From: a virus | Lineage: Duplodnaviria; Caudoviricetes | IMG/VR virus record: IMGVR_UViG_3300035661_000004 | Length of the DNA stretch: 64,000 nt | Direction: 5' to 3' (one strand) | Shown: positions 45,965 to 54,543 of the stretch, piece after piece | Layout: each line of letters starts with the position of its first letter | Numbering within the stretch: position 1 is the stretch's first letter | The notes under the pieces: model-generated | Database searches by the model: none | Seen by the model: the letters and a program-made list of their open reading frames with translations, nothing else | What the model was told of the DNA's origin: nothing | Position numbers and translations under genes: made by a program

Positions 45965-47616
45965 TTGTTCTCTGCTTCAGGAACCGCTGCCACCGTCAAA
46001 TGCTGCTTGAACTGTCCGCCTGAGAAGACATTTTCAACCGTGATGACTTTGTAGTAGTTGGTGTAGTAAAATTGGCGCTTGCCACCCGGTGCTCGAGGGT
46101 CCAACATCCAGATGTTAACCTTGACCCACACGTTCTTTCCACCGTACAGGTCGCCGACTACGCTGCCGTCCGGATAGTAAGCCGTACAGTCAAGGAGGTC
46201 AAGGTTACCTCGAATCTCAAACTGCTGTTGGAACGAGATCGAGGTTTGGAAGTCGCCGATGGCGTCGGACGCGAGCCGATAAGACGGCGTGGCGCTATAA
46301 GGCGCATTTGTGTAGCCGATTCGGTCATTAGCCGTGACACGGGGCGGCATCCGTACATCATTCTTTTGAAAGCCAAGAGTCGAGCGTTGGACTTCGACTG
46401 TGGTGCCGTTCTGCGTCGTGTCATCTGTAACGATGCTCTCGCTGTAAACACGAGGCCGATCCTTGGGCATGTTCGCGCTCTGGTTGAACGTGTAGTCAAA
46501 GCCGCTTTCAATCTTGACGGGAGTCCACGCTCCTACATTTTGGAACTTGACCTCGTATGAGGTGATGTCGACATTTTTGCCGGCTTCAGCAAAGTAGTAG
46601 TCAAACACCCACGACTTCTGCATGCCACCCTTGTTGACAGCGATGTGATAGTGGATCAGCACCTGGTCATCCTTGTAAACGACACGAGGCTGAATCAACG
46701 GGATGAAGATGTTCGGATGGCCCTCCTTTTGGAGGCCTGGCTTTGATTCGCCGATCTTCTGCTGTAGCTTGGGAGAGGCTTGCAGGATCTTTTGGATAAA
46801 GGAGCCAATCTGCAGCTGAGGGTTCGAGGTAAACTGGCTCTTCTCACCCGGCGCATTTGAGTTCTTGTTAAGCGTCTCGATCGCACCCTTGATATCCGGG
46901 TCCCATGTGATCTTGTAGACGAGCGGGCGGCCTTGATCCGTGGTGCCTTCGGTCTTATAGATCTGGCCGTAGCCCTCATTGAGCCTCTTCTCGAGATTGC
47001 TCAATGCCTCCTCAACCGTGCCTGCGCTAAAGGAGACAGCGCGCTTCGTGTAAGCGTAGTTCATCGCCGCGCCGGAGAACGGGTCATCTGTCAAGCCTAG
47101 CGTCGCTGCCGTCGTAAAGGTCAGGCCATACTTGCCACCCATCTCTGAGAAGGTAGCCGTTACATTGGGCTGCATGACCATGGGAATCAGCTTAGCCGTG
47201 ATAGTCTCGATCGTGTTGTCAACCTTTCGACCGACAAAGAAGATCTTTAGCACGAACTTCAAGCTGTCAGTGGCAGCGGCTGTTACCTGATAGTTACTGC
47301 GCATTGCGCTCAGCTTCTCGATGAAGGAGAACCCGCCTGGCTCAGTGACTGTCATTGATAGCGCGCCGTAAGGGATCAGCATTTCGGTCTTAGCCGAAGC
47401 CTCAGACTGTGCTACAAAGTGCACGTCGTCAATTGACTGATGAGCGTCCTTTCGCGTGTTAATCAGCAACGTGCCGTTAGGCGTGAAGCTGTCGGTGGAC
47501 TTGTTCTCATCCTTCGTGGTTAGGTCCTGCAGCTTATCCCAGCTGGGATGAGCATGCAGCTCGAAGTGGTAGGTGTACGTGACGTACACATCGAGCGGAT
47601 TAGCCGGCACTGACAT
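45961..47616 (-). CDS. Putative baseplate hub protein (gp27-like position)
   Basis: 551 aa between the gp53-like and gp5-like genes. The C-terminal EIRGN...YKVITVENVFSGGQFKQHL is hub-like. Confidence 0.55.
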   Translation of the reverse strand: MSVPANPLDVYVTYTYHFELHAHPSWDKLQDLTTKDENKSTDSFTPNGTLLINTRKDAHQSIDDVHFVAQSEASAKTEMLIPYGALSMTVTEPGGFSFIEKLSAMRSNYQVTAAATDSLKFVLKIFFVGRKVDNTIETITAKLIPMVMQPNVTATFSEMGGKYGLTFTTAATLGLTDDPFSGAAMNYAYTKRAVSFSAGTVEEALSNLEKRLNEGYGQIYKTEGTTDQGRPLVYKITWDPDIKGAIETLNKNSNAPGEKSQFTSNPQLQIGSFIQKILQASPKLQQKIGESKPGLQKEGHPNIFIPLIQPRVVYKDDQVLIHYHIAVNKGGMQKSWVFDYYFAEAGKNVDITSYEVKFQNVGAWTPVKIESGFDYTFNQSANMPKDRPRVYSESIVTDDTTQNGTTVEVQRSTLGFQKNDVRMPPRVTANDRIGYTNAPYSATPSYRLASDAIGDFQTSISFQQQFEIRGNLDLLDCTAYYPDGSVVGDLYGGKNVWVKVNIWMLDPRAPGGKRQFYYTNYYKVITVENVFSGGQFKQHLTVAAVPEAENK

Positions 47617-47981
47617 TAGATGCTTCCCACCGCTGTTGTAGGCACGCCGCCGACCTTGGTGACGCCGAAGGCTGAAGTAACCTTGTCCTTTGACGGCATG
47701 AGCAACATATAACCCGTCACCAACTCAAGCGGGTCGAGGATATCATTGTACTGCATGATGAGCCAGCTTAAACGTGTATCGCCGTAGAAGGCAAAGGCGA
47801 GCAGGTCAGGCCGCCCGACATACTTCTCTTCGAGCACGTAGATGACGTCCGAGAGGTCATGGGCGTTGTCGACTCTCTCCCACCACTCGACAAAGCGAGC
47901 CGAGACCTCCGTCACGCCGCCGCGGGTATAGCGGCCGTTGCGTTGGTTGTATGTCGAGTCCTTGACGGTATAGTCAGCCAT
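47616..47981 (-). CDS. gp53: Baseplate wedge gp53 / LysM-like protein
   Basis: YVGRPDLLAFAFYGDTRLSWLIMQYNDILDP. Confidence 0.75.
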   Translation of the reverse strand: MADYTVKDSTYNQRNGRYTRGGVTEVSARFVEWWERVDNAHDLSDVIYVLEEKYVGRPDLLAFAFYGDTRLSWLIMQYNDILDPLELVTGYMLLMPSKDKVTSAFGVTKVGGVPTTAVGSI

Positions 47982-48944
47982 TTAATCTCCTACGGGGCCG
48001 GGCGGCACCAGGGGCGTGTCACGGCCGAAGGCTGATGTCGAGCTAGGTTGTGTGACGGTTGACACGCTTTTGGTGACGGTCTTGCCTACTTCGCTAACCG
48101 CTACGTTGGCGCCTGACACGAAGATGTTCTTCAGCACCGGAGGCAAGCTGTTTGTAATCGCCCTGACCGCGGGACTATTTAGGGCGGCTGTTCCCAGCGT
48201 CCGAGCGATCGTGCCGGCGATCACGCCTGGCACTGTGACCTTGCCACCCCCTAAAGCCGACATCACGGAGGTAATGTTGCTCGCGCTAGGAAGAGAGGTC
48301 CGCAGCGGATCAGTTCGACCGTAGCCGTTGCCCGTAAGCTCGAACGAGCTTGAGCTCTCATTCTGGCTCTTGGAGAACTCGCCTTCGCCGCCCAAGCTAA
48401 GGCGCCAGGCCCCAGCTGTCACCTCTGCTGCCGAGTACACCTCCTCAACGGTTACGTCAAGCTGGCCGATGATTGGCATCGGCTGCTCTCCAGTGAAGAT
48501 GTAGTCAACCTCCTCAGGGAAGTTCCAGCCGTACTGACGGAGGACGACGCGCCGCCCGTCAATGTTGTCATTGCGGTAGCCATAGATTGTCAGGATCGGC
48601 GGCGTGGCGCCCGTGCCCCCAAAGTCAGGCAGGATCCAACGGCGGATCAGGTCAAGGTTACGCGCATTCTGTGTCGCCTCATCCGTGGTTCGCGAGATGA
48701 GCTTGCCTGTGATGGCAAAGGTCCGGCTCGAGGTCTGCTTGTAGCTAACCAAGGCCGTGGGCAGGTGGATGATGCCGTAGCCTTCATAGCCAGCTTGCCG
48801 TGACTCAGACAGCGGCGCGCTAGCTTCAAACACCACGTCGCCGCCGGGGCCGGACAAGCGGATCTTGTAGTCAGGCAGGTTGGAGCGCTTGCCGGTAATA
48901 ACTACCGGCTCTTCATTTTCGGTGATGATGTCGTCGTCCATCAA
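47982..48944 (-). CDS. Tail tube initiator-like protein (gp48/gp54-like position)
   Basis: LSESRQAGY...YKQTSSRTFAITGKL...PPILTIYGY, typical of contractile-tail tube initiators. Confidence 0.55.
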   Translation of the reverse strand: MMDDDIITENEEPVVITGKRSNLPDYKIRLSGPGGDVVFEASAPLSESRQAGYEGYGIIHLPTALVSYKQTSSRTFAITGKLISRTTDEATQNARNLDLIRRWILPDFGGTGATPPILTIYGYRNDNIDGRRVVLRQYGWNFPEEVDYIFTGEQPMPIIGQLDVTVEEVYSAAEVTAGAWRLSLGGEGEFSKSQNESSSSFELTGNGYGRTDPLRTSLPSASNITSVMSALGGGKVTVPGVIAGTIARTLGTAALNSPAVRAITNSLPPVLKNIFVSGANVAVSEVGKTVTKSVSTVTQPSSTSAFGRDTPLVPPGPVGD

Positions 48945-49771
48945 CCTCTCCTGCTAGGCCGCTTCAGCGGCGTGTTGTGGTGATCAACTTCAAGCGGCTG
49001 GACCGGCTTACGAGTGATCAGCGTGTTGTTTGCTCGCGCGCCGACTACGAAGTCGCCGAACACGTCATGCTCGAACTGACCGTCATAGTCATCGCCGTAG
49101 CCTAAGCCGTCAACGCTGTCGGGATCATAGAACACATCAGTTGGAGCGAGCAGACGGCTATAGTAGTCATAGACCGGCAGGGTCGCGTTGCTCGCATGTG
49201 GGACATGCTGATCTACCAACGGTGGGGCGAGGTACAGCGATGCGTTTTCATGCTTTGAGAAGCGCAGCTTTGGCAGAATGACGTTTCCACGGGCGTCATA
49301 CTCTTGCCGTAGCGGCTTGCGAAGCTCGTCAAACTGCTGGCGATGCTGTCTGTGATCAACGCCGGCGCCGTGCTGGCGGAGGTCAATCTCAGAGACGAGC
49401 TTAACCGAACCCGAGGCGATGTCAGTCAACGCTACGGTGTGCCTATTAAGGTCAGGGTTGGAGCTTTCGAGAATGTCAAGGATGACAGAGACAGGCACGA
49501 CGCGGAAGCTAGGTAGCAGCCTGAAGACTACGTTCGTTTCAGACAGGCCATAACGGCCTTCGTCACGGTAGACGCCGATCAAGATTCGCTGGCCGAAGAG
49601 AGTCCACTGTCTCGCTCCAAGCTCCGGTGCAGGCTGCCAAAGCACCAAGCACTGGTAGTCGTCATGGTTGTCAGGCTCGTAGATCCAGCAACCTTTAGGT
49701 TGAGGCAGCTCCTCGCGAGGAGCGGACAGGTTGTCAAACTCCCCGCCTCCTCCTTCAGGGTCATAACTCAT
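48941..49771 (-). CDS. Hypothetical protein
   Basis: 276-aa ORF coupled to both neighbours. Confidence 0.7.
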   Translation of the reverse strand: MSYDPEGGGGEFDNLSAPREELPQPKGCWIYEPDNHDDYQCLVLWQPAPELGARQWTLFGQRILIGVYRDEGRYGLSETNVVFRLLPSFRVVPVSVILDILESSNPDLNRHTVALTDIASGSVKLVSEIDLRQHGAGVDHRQHRQQFDELRKPLRQEYDARGNVILPKLRFSKHENASLYLAPPLVDQHVPHASNATLPVYDYYSRLLAPTDVFYDPDSVDGLGYGDDYDGQFEHDVFGDFVVGARANNTLITRKPVQPLEVDHHNTPLKRPSRRG

Positions 49772-50460
49772 GCCGCGTCCTTCTCAACCTTCTGCTTCGC
49801 CGACTCTTCAGGCGGCGGCTTGATCATCTTGATCTTGCTAACCAGCAGGTCGAGGATGTCATCATTGACCTTAGGTCCGTAGAACTTCTTAAAGGCTGCA
49901 ACCTGCTTGGCTTCGTCCTCGCCGGCGCGCTGGAAAGCTTCACGGATAGTCGTGCCGGACTGGTTACCGTCTCGAGCATTGCTGATCACATAGTAGGCGC
50001 CTGGAGGATCGGACTCGCCGGTCTTCAAGCCGGCGGCTGCATGCGCAAAGGGCACCGGCTTGCCTGACTTGGTCGGGTACTGCTCGAAGAACTTTGACGA
50101 CTCATAGCGCTCTACGTCCTTATCGCCGGCTACCATGACCATCACAGTAGGAGCCTTGTAGAGCTCAAGCACCTCCTTCGGAGCGAAAGCAGGGTTCTTG
50201 CACTCGATGATCTTCTCAGGCGAGATGCCGAACAGCTGAACCATGATCTCGACCCGCTCCTCAAAGGTGAACGGCGAGATGTCACCGTTGCCTGGGTCAA
50301 AGTTGGTCTTGTTGGAGGTCGCGATCCACACGGCACCTTCGCCGAACTGCTTGCACAGCTCACGGTAGACCGAGTAGTGACCCTTGTGGAAAGGCTGGAA
50401 CCGGCCGCCGTAGATGACGGCTAAGAGCTTGCGCTCTTCGAGGAGGACTGAGAGCTTCAT
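49768..50460 (-). CDS. HIGH-family nucleotidyltransferase (cytidyltransferase/NMNAT-like)
   Basis: YGGRFQPFHKGH motif, VAGDKD, SGTTIR. N-terminal MKLSVLLEE. Confidence 0.85.
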   Translation of the reverse strand: MKLSVLLEERKLLAVIYGGRFQPFHKGHYSVYRELCKQFGEGAVWIATSNKTNFDPGNGDISPFTFEERVEIMVQLFGISPEKIIECKNPAFAPKEVLELYKAPTVMVMVAGDKDVERYESSKFFEQYPTKSGKPVPFAHAAAGLKTGESDPPGAYYVISNARDGNQSGTTIREAFQRAGEDEAKQVAAFKKFYGPKVNDDILDLLVSKIKMIKPPPEESAKQKVEKDAA

Positions 50461-50807
50461 TGCTTGTTAAACCGATCTATTACTTCGCCCATCGTTTTTG
50501 TAAAAGCATCATCTAAGATAGTATCGTCGGGGGCTTGCAAAAACTGCTTGAACGGTGACATGATGTACACCGAATCTGCTCTAATTGCATATGTGACACT
50601 ATTGTACAAAGCGGTGCTCATGACAGCGTCAACGGTAGCTTTGTCAATCAGCGTTAGCTGCTTAACAAAGGCTGGATTACGCCCCGCGGTCACAGGTGAG
50701 ATGCGGGTTGCAATGTCACCGTGTTCAATTAATGCTTGCTGGCAGCGTAGCACCCACCGCCTCAGCATTAAGTCGAGTGATGATTCAAAGAGAGCCGTCA
50801 ACTTCAT
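50457..50807 (-). CDS. QQ-helix family protein
   Basis: MKLTALFESSLDLMLRRWVLRCQQALIEHG. Confidence 0.75.
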   Translation of the reverse strand: MKLTALFESSLDLMLRRWVLRCQQALIEHGDIATRISPVTAGRNPAFVKQLTLIDKATVDAVMSTALYNSVTYAIRADSVYIMSPFKQFLQAPDDTILDDAFTKTMGEVIDRFNKQ

Positions 50808-51169
50808 TTTCCGTCTCGCTTTACAGGGCGCGCCAGCTCACAGTCCTTGATCACGTAGTCGATGAACTTAGCTTCGTTGTCGAATTGTCTGCAAGCTAGC
50901 ATGCAATGTCCATCCTTGACATCGATTTCACCTGACGTGTATTCAGCGACGTAGATTCCTGGGACATAGCCTTCGTCAACGTGCGGTGCTTGAGACTCAA
51001 CCCAAATCATGTATGCCTTGATGATCGACCCGCCTGGGACAGGCAGGTACCGCGCCCTCGGCCTTAGCTTCAAGTCGCGGTGCGGCAACGCTTCAACGAG
51101 CAGCTGTTGAAAGCGAAGCGCTGTCTGCCTGAGCGCGAGAGGCTGTTCCAAGAGGGCATAAATACGCAT
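50804..51169 (-). CDS. QQ-helix family protein
   Basis: MRIYALLEQPLALRQTALRFQQLLVEALP. TAAATA 4 nt upstream. Confidence 0.75.
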   Translation of the reverse strand: MRIYALLEQPLALRQTALRFQQLLVEALPHRDLKLRPRARYLPVPGGSIIKAYMIWVESQAPHVDEGYVPGIYVAEYTSGEIDVKDGHCMLACRQFDNEAKFIDYVIKDCELARPVKRDGK

Positions 51170-51179
51170 GGACTATTTA
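51159..51179. promoter_or_regulatory. Inverted pair of TAAATA late motifs
   Basis: Plus-strand TAAATA at 51159-51164 and minus-strand TAAATA at 51174-51179, at the divergence between 51169 and gp55. Confidence 0.5.
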
Positions 51180-51292
51180 CCAACTCAGCTAGCATGGCAA
51201 AATGCCTCTAAACGGCAAGAGGTGGTAAGATCAACTTGTCTTAACACGGCCTGAGGGATAAGGCTGGTTACTTGCAATAGGAAACAGATTAC

Positions 51293-51874
51293 ATGGCAAC
51301 ACAGCCCACCGAAGGTAAAGTCTTTTACCTTAAGAATGCCGACCTTCTCGTTGAGGTCATTAAGTGCAAGGAGGTGGGCAAGATGAGCAATAAGCTCGCT
51401 TCGATGCTCCACATGCTAACCACACGTTACGCATCGAAGCCGAACTTCTCAGGCTACACGTACATCGATGACATGATCGCTGAGGCGCTCGCCGACCTCT
51501 GCAAGAATGCGCTGAAGTTTAAGCCTGAACGCTCATCCAACCCGTTTGCGTTCTACACCCAATGCATCCACAACTCGTTCCTCGGCTACCTCAACAATGA
51601 GAAGAAGCACCGTCGCATCCGTGACGCCATGCTGGTAGAGATCGGTGAGAACCCGTCCTTCAACTTCCAAGAGGAGTACCGTCAGAACTCAGGCGAAGGC
51701 TCTGAGGTCAGGAACGAGCTGCAAGAGCTGAGCGCTGAGATCGCCGAGGCTAAGATCCGCCGCGCTGCCGACGAGCAGAAGATTGCGGACGAGAAGGCCC
51801 TCGAAGCCATGGCGGCTGAATCACCTGCAGTTAGCCTGCTAACATTTGATGATGATGAACCTAAAGCAGCCTAA
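51293..51874 (+). CDS. gp55: Late sigma factor (T4 gp55-like)
   Basis: YLKNADLL, PNFSGYTYIDDMIAEA, KFKPERSSNPFAFYTQ...NSF...EKKH, and an acidic tail. Confidence 0.92.
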   Translation: MATQPTEGKVFYLKNADLLVEVIKCKEVGKMSNKLASMLHMLTTRYASKPNFSGYTYIDDMIAEALADLCKNALKFKPERSSNPFAFYTQCIHNSFLGYLNNEKKHRRIRDAMLVEIGENPSFNFQEEYRQNSGEGSEVRNELQELSAEIAEAKIRRAADEQKIADEKALEAMAAESPAVSLLTFDDDEPKAA

Positions 51875-52652
51875 CACGCCAACCTAAAGCAGGTCCGCTG
51901 GCTACAGGTTCTCCGCGGTTTTTCGCAGACATCAAGGTTTTAACAGGCAGACCTTGTTCTTCGCAGAAACGTCTTAGCGAACGCACGATGGTAACCTCTC
52001 CATTAGGCGAGGTTACTTCCCAAAGCTTTGAGCGGGCGAGTCGTTTTGCTTCAACGGATGGATGTAATGGATCATCTAGATTCCGGCGAACAAGCGTTGC
52101 ACGCAATGCTTCTTTCATGTGATGAGGCTTCGGTTTACCTTTTACAGCTAAGCTAATTGCGTCGCGTTGAGCTTGAGAAATGACTTTGCCTTTATGCAAC
52201 TTTGACATTTTTACTCTGAACTCGTCCGAGTGAGTTTTCCCATAGAACGAGTTGAACGGACCAGCTGAAAGCACATCTCGTCGGCCAGCGCCACCTGGTG
52301 TTAGGTTTGATAAAATGCCACCATCAATAGAACGACGGTAAAATGCTATCAGTTCTACCTCTTTCTCCTCTGCGGCTAAACTTGCAAGCTTGGTATGTAG
52401 TTGCACTATGATAGGCCTAAGACCTAACACATGAAGCTTTCGTAGCTTGTTTAGCTTGATAAGATTTGAGCGTCTTGCCTTGCATTCAGCCATTGAAGGT
52501 TCAGTCAAATACCATTCTAACTCTGTCATGTGATCATACATTCGTCGCCGTACACCTTTACCTACGTAAAACGGCTCATGTGTTAAGCCGTTAGGATCAT
52601 CGCTGATAGGCTTGCGCGGGTCAAGATAGACGTAGACATAGTAGTTATCCAT
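51861..52652 (-). CDS. GIY-YIG homing endonuclease
   Basis: YYVYVYLDPR...PFYVGKG...R, LSNLTPGG and NUMOD3-type NSFYGKTHSDE. Inserted antisense between gp55 and gp47. Confidence 0.88.
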   Translation of the reverse strand: MDNYYVYVYLDPRKPISDDPNGLTHEPFYVGKGVRRRMYDHMTELEWYLTEPSMAECKARRSNLIKLNKLRKLHVLGLRPIIVQLHTKLASLAAEEKEVELIAFYRRSIDGGILSNLTPGGAGRRDVLSAGPFNSFYGKTHSDEFRVKMSKLHKGKVISQAQRDAISLAVKGKPKPHHMKEALRATLVRRNLDDPLHPSVEAKRLARSKLWEVTSPNGEVTIVRSLRRFCEEQGLPVKTLMSAKNRGEPVASGPALGWRVRLL

Positions 52653-52667
52653 AAGCAATATATTCTC

Positions 52668-53771
52668 ATGCTTCAGAAAATCAGTGGACCTGACGCGACC
52701 AAGATTGCAATGTTCACGGACATTCACTGGGGCGTACGTTCAAATTCGGTTCAACATAACCAGGATAACCTAGACTATGTCGATTGGTTTATCAAATCAC
52801 TCCCAAGTGATATTTCTCACATCGCATTTCTAGGTGACTGGTTTGAAAATCGTTCAGCGATCAATGTGCAAACGCTGTCGATGTCCGCTGAAGGCTTGCA
52901 AAAGTTAGATAAACTTGGAATCCCGATCATGTTCATCACCGGGAACCATGATCTTTACCGACGCACGACTCGTGACATCCACTCGCTCAGCGTATTCAGC
53001 TCGGTTAGAAATGTCACCATTGTCGAAGATGCTATTAGCCTAAATGGCAAACAGCTATTCTTGCCGTATCTGTTTGACCATGAATTTCTCGCGCTTGCTG
53101 ATATTATCAATGCGCATGAAACCGTCTACGGTCATTTTGAGTTCAATGATTTTGTGTTGACTGGTCATAGCACAATCATGGAGCGCGGTCAGGACAGGCG
53201 GCTCGTTAGTAAACCGAAAAAGATCTTCTCAGGCCACTTCCATAAACGACAAGTCATCGACAATATTTGCTACATCGGTAACACATTTCCGACTAATTTC
53301 GGTGATGCAGGCGATGACGCTCGTGGCATGGCAGTTTATGATGTAGCCGCCGACAAAGTTGAATTCAAGGACTGGGAAGACTGCCCAAAGTACTTGAAGG
53401 TCAAGCTGGGTGACGTGATCGCCAACAAGTGGTCCCCGAAAGCAAAGACGCGCGTCAAGTGCGTGGTGGACATCGACATCAGCTACACAGAGGCGCAAGA
53501 GCTCCGCGAAGCGTTGATCGAGGCCCACAACCTGCGCGACTTGGTCCTCGAAGAGGACCGAGAGGCAAAGCAAGGCTTGGTCGAAGGCGACTCATCCAAG
53601 GTGACCGAAGTGCATGACCTCAAGTTTGACAGTGTTGACGAGCTCGTGACCTCCCAGCTTGAAGCCGCCATTGATGACGGTGCCGCCAAAGGCAAGTATG
53701 ACCTCAAGCTGTTGCTTGAGATCTACAAGAGCCTCAAGATCGAAACAACAGACAAGGACGCAACAGCATGA
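52668..53771 (+). CDS. gp47: Recombination nuclease (Mre11/SbcD, T4 gp47)
   Basis: FTDIHWG, FLGDWFE, ITGNHD, YGHFE, FSGHFH metallophosphoesterase motifs. Confidence 0.95.
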   Translation: MLQKISGPDATKIAMFTDIHWGVRSNSVQHNQDNLDYVDWFIKSLPSDISHIAFLGDWFENRSAINVQTLSMSAEGLQKLDKLGIPIMFITGNHDLYRRTTRDIHSLSVFSSVRNVTIVEDAISLNGKQLFLPYLFDHEFLALADIINAHETVYGHFEFNDFVLTGHSTIMERGQDRRLVSKPKKIFSGHFHKRQVIDNICYIGNTFPTNFGDAGDDARGMAVYDVAADKVEFKDWEDCPKYLKVKLGDVIANKWSPKAKTRVKCVVDIDISYTEAQELREALIEAHNLRDLVLEEDREAKQGLVEGDSSKVTEVHDLKFDSVDELVTSQLEAAIDDGAAKGKYDLKLLLEIYKSLKIETTDKDATA

Positions 53772-54531
53772 ATGAGGATGCTCAAATCGTGACAGCTGAC
53801 GCTCCGAATCGTTACGAAGCTAAACGTTCGGGGTACCGGCAGGAGCACAGTACGTGCTGGTAGTCAAGATTCAAAGCTCGCTTGCGCCTGACCAGGTCAA
53901 GCAAGGAGCTGTCATCGAGCCAGGTGAGAGCCTAACGGTCAACCTTGACTTCGAAACCGAAGTTCTCAACATCAGCCAGCATAGCATTGGCACACATGGA
54001 GCGGAAATGTTTAACGGTACCTCAGCATTAGACCTCAACACAGCCTTCTACCAAGAAGGCGCCTTCTACAAGCACAAGGACGGCGGCTTGTACAAGACCA
54101 CCGGCGTGGGCAAGAGTACGGCTGACGGGCAACGCTACGTCATCTATCAGCATGTCTTCCCGTTCGTTCACAGCATCTACCTTCGCCCGCTCGATGAGTG
54201 GACCCGGGACCGTTTTGAGCTGCTTGACTTCATGCAAGCCACCGAGTATCAAGGGCAAGATCGGTACGAACTGCAGACAGCTATTACCGCACGCCGTGAA
54301 ACTCGTAAAGCCGCACAGGTGCCCAAGCCTGACTTCACACAAAAAACAGACGTTGTGGCAACTATCGGTTATGATGGTCTGCTCGCTACCGGCTTCACGT
54401 TGCAGCATGTCGATGTCGACATTGAGCAGCTAAATGAGACGATTCGCGCTCACAATGAGTGGAGCCAAGAGCACAACAAGAGCACCTTTAGCGGCGACGC
54501 TGACGACATTCATTCAACCAACGGTGTTTGA
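53768..54531 (+). CDS. DUF1653-like domain protein with a probable homopolymer frameshift near 53822
   Basis: YKHKDGGLYKTTGVG...YVIYQ...YLRPLDEW. The upstream MNEDAQ...YEAK joins TFGVPAGAQYVLVVK if one A is added. Confidence 0.65.
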
Positions 54532-54543
54532 CAGGATCTAGGC

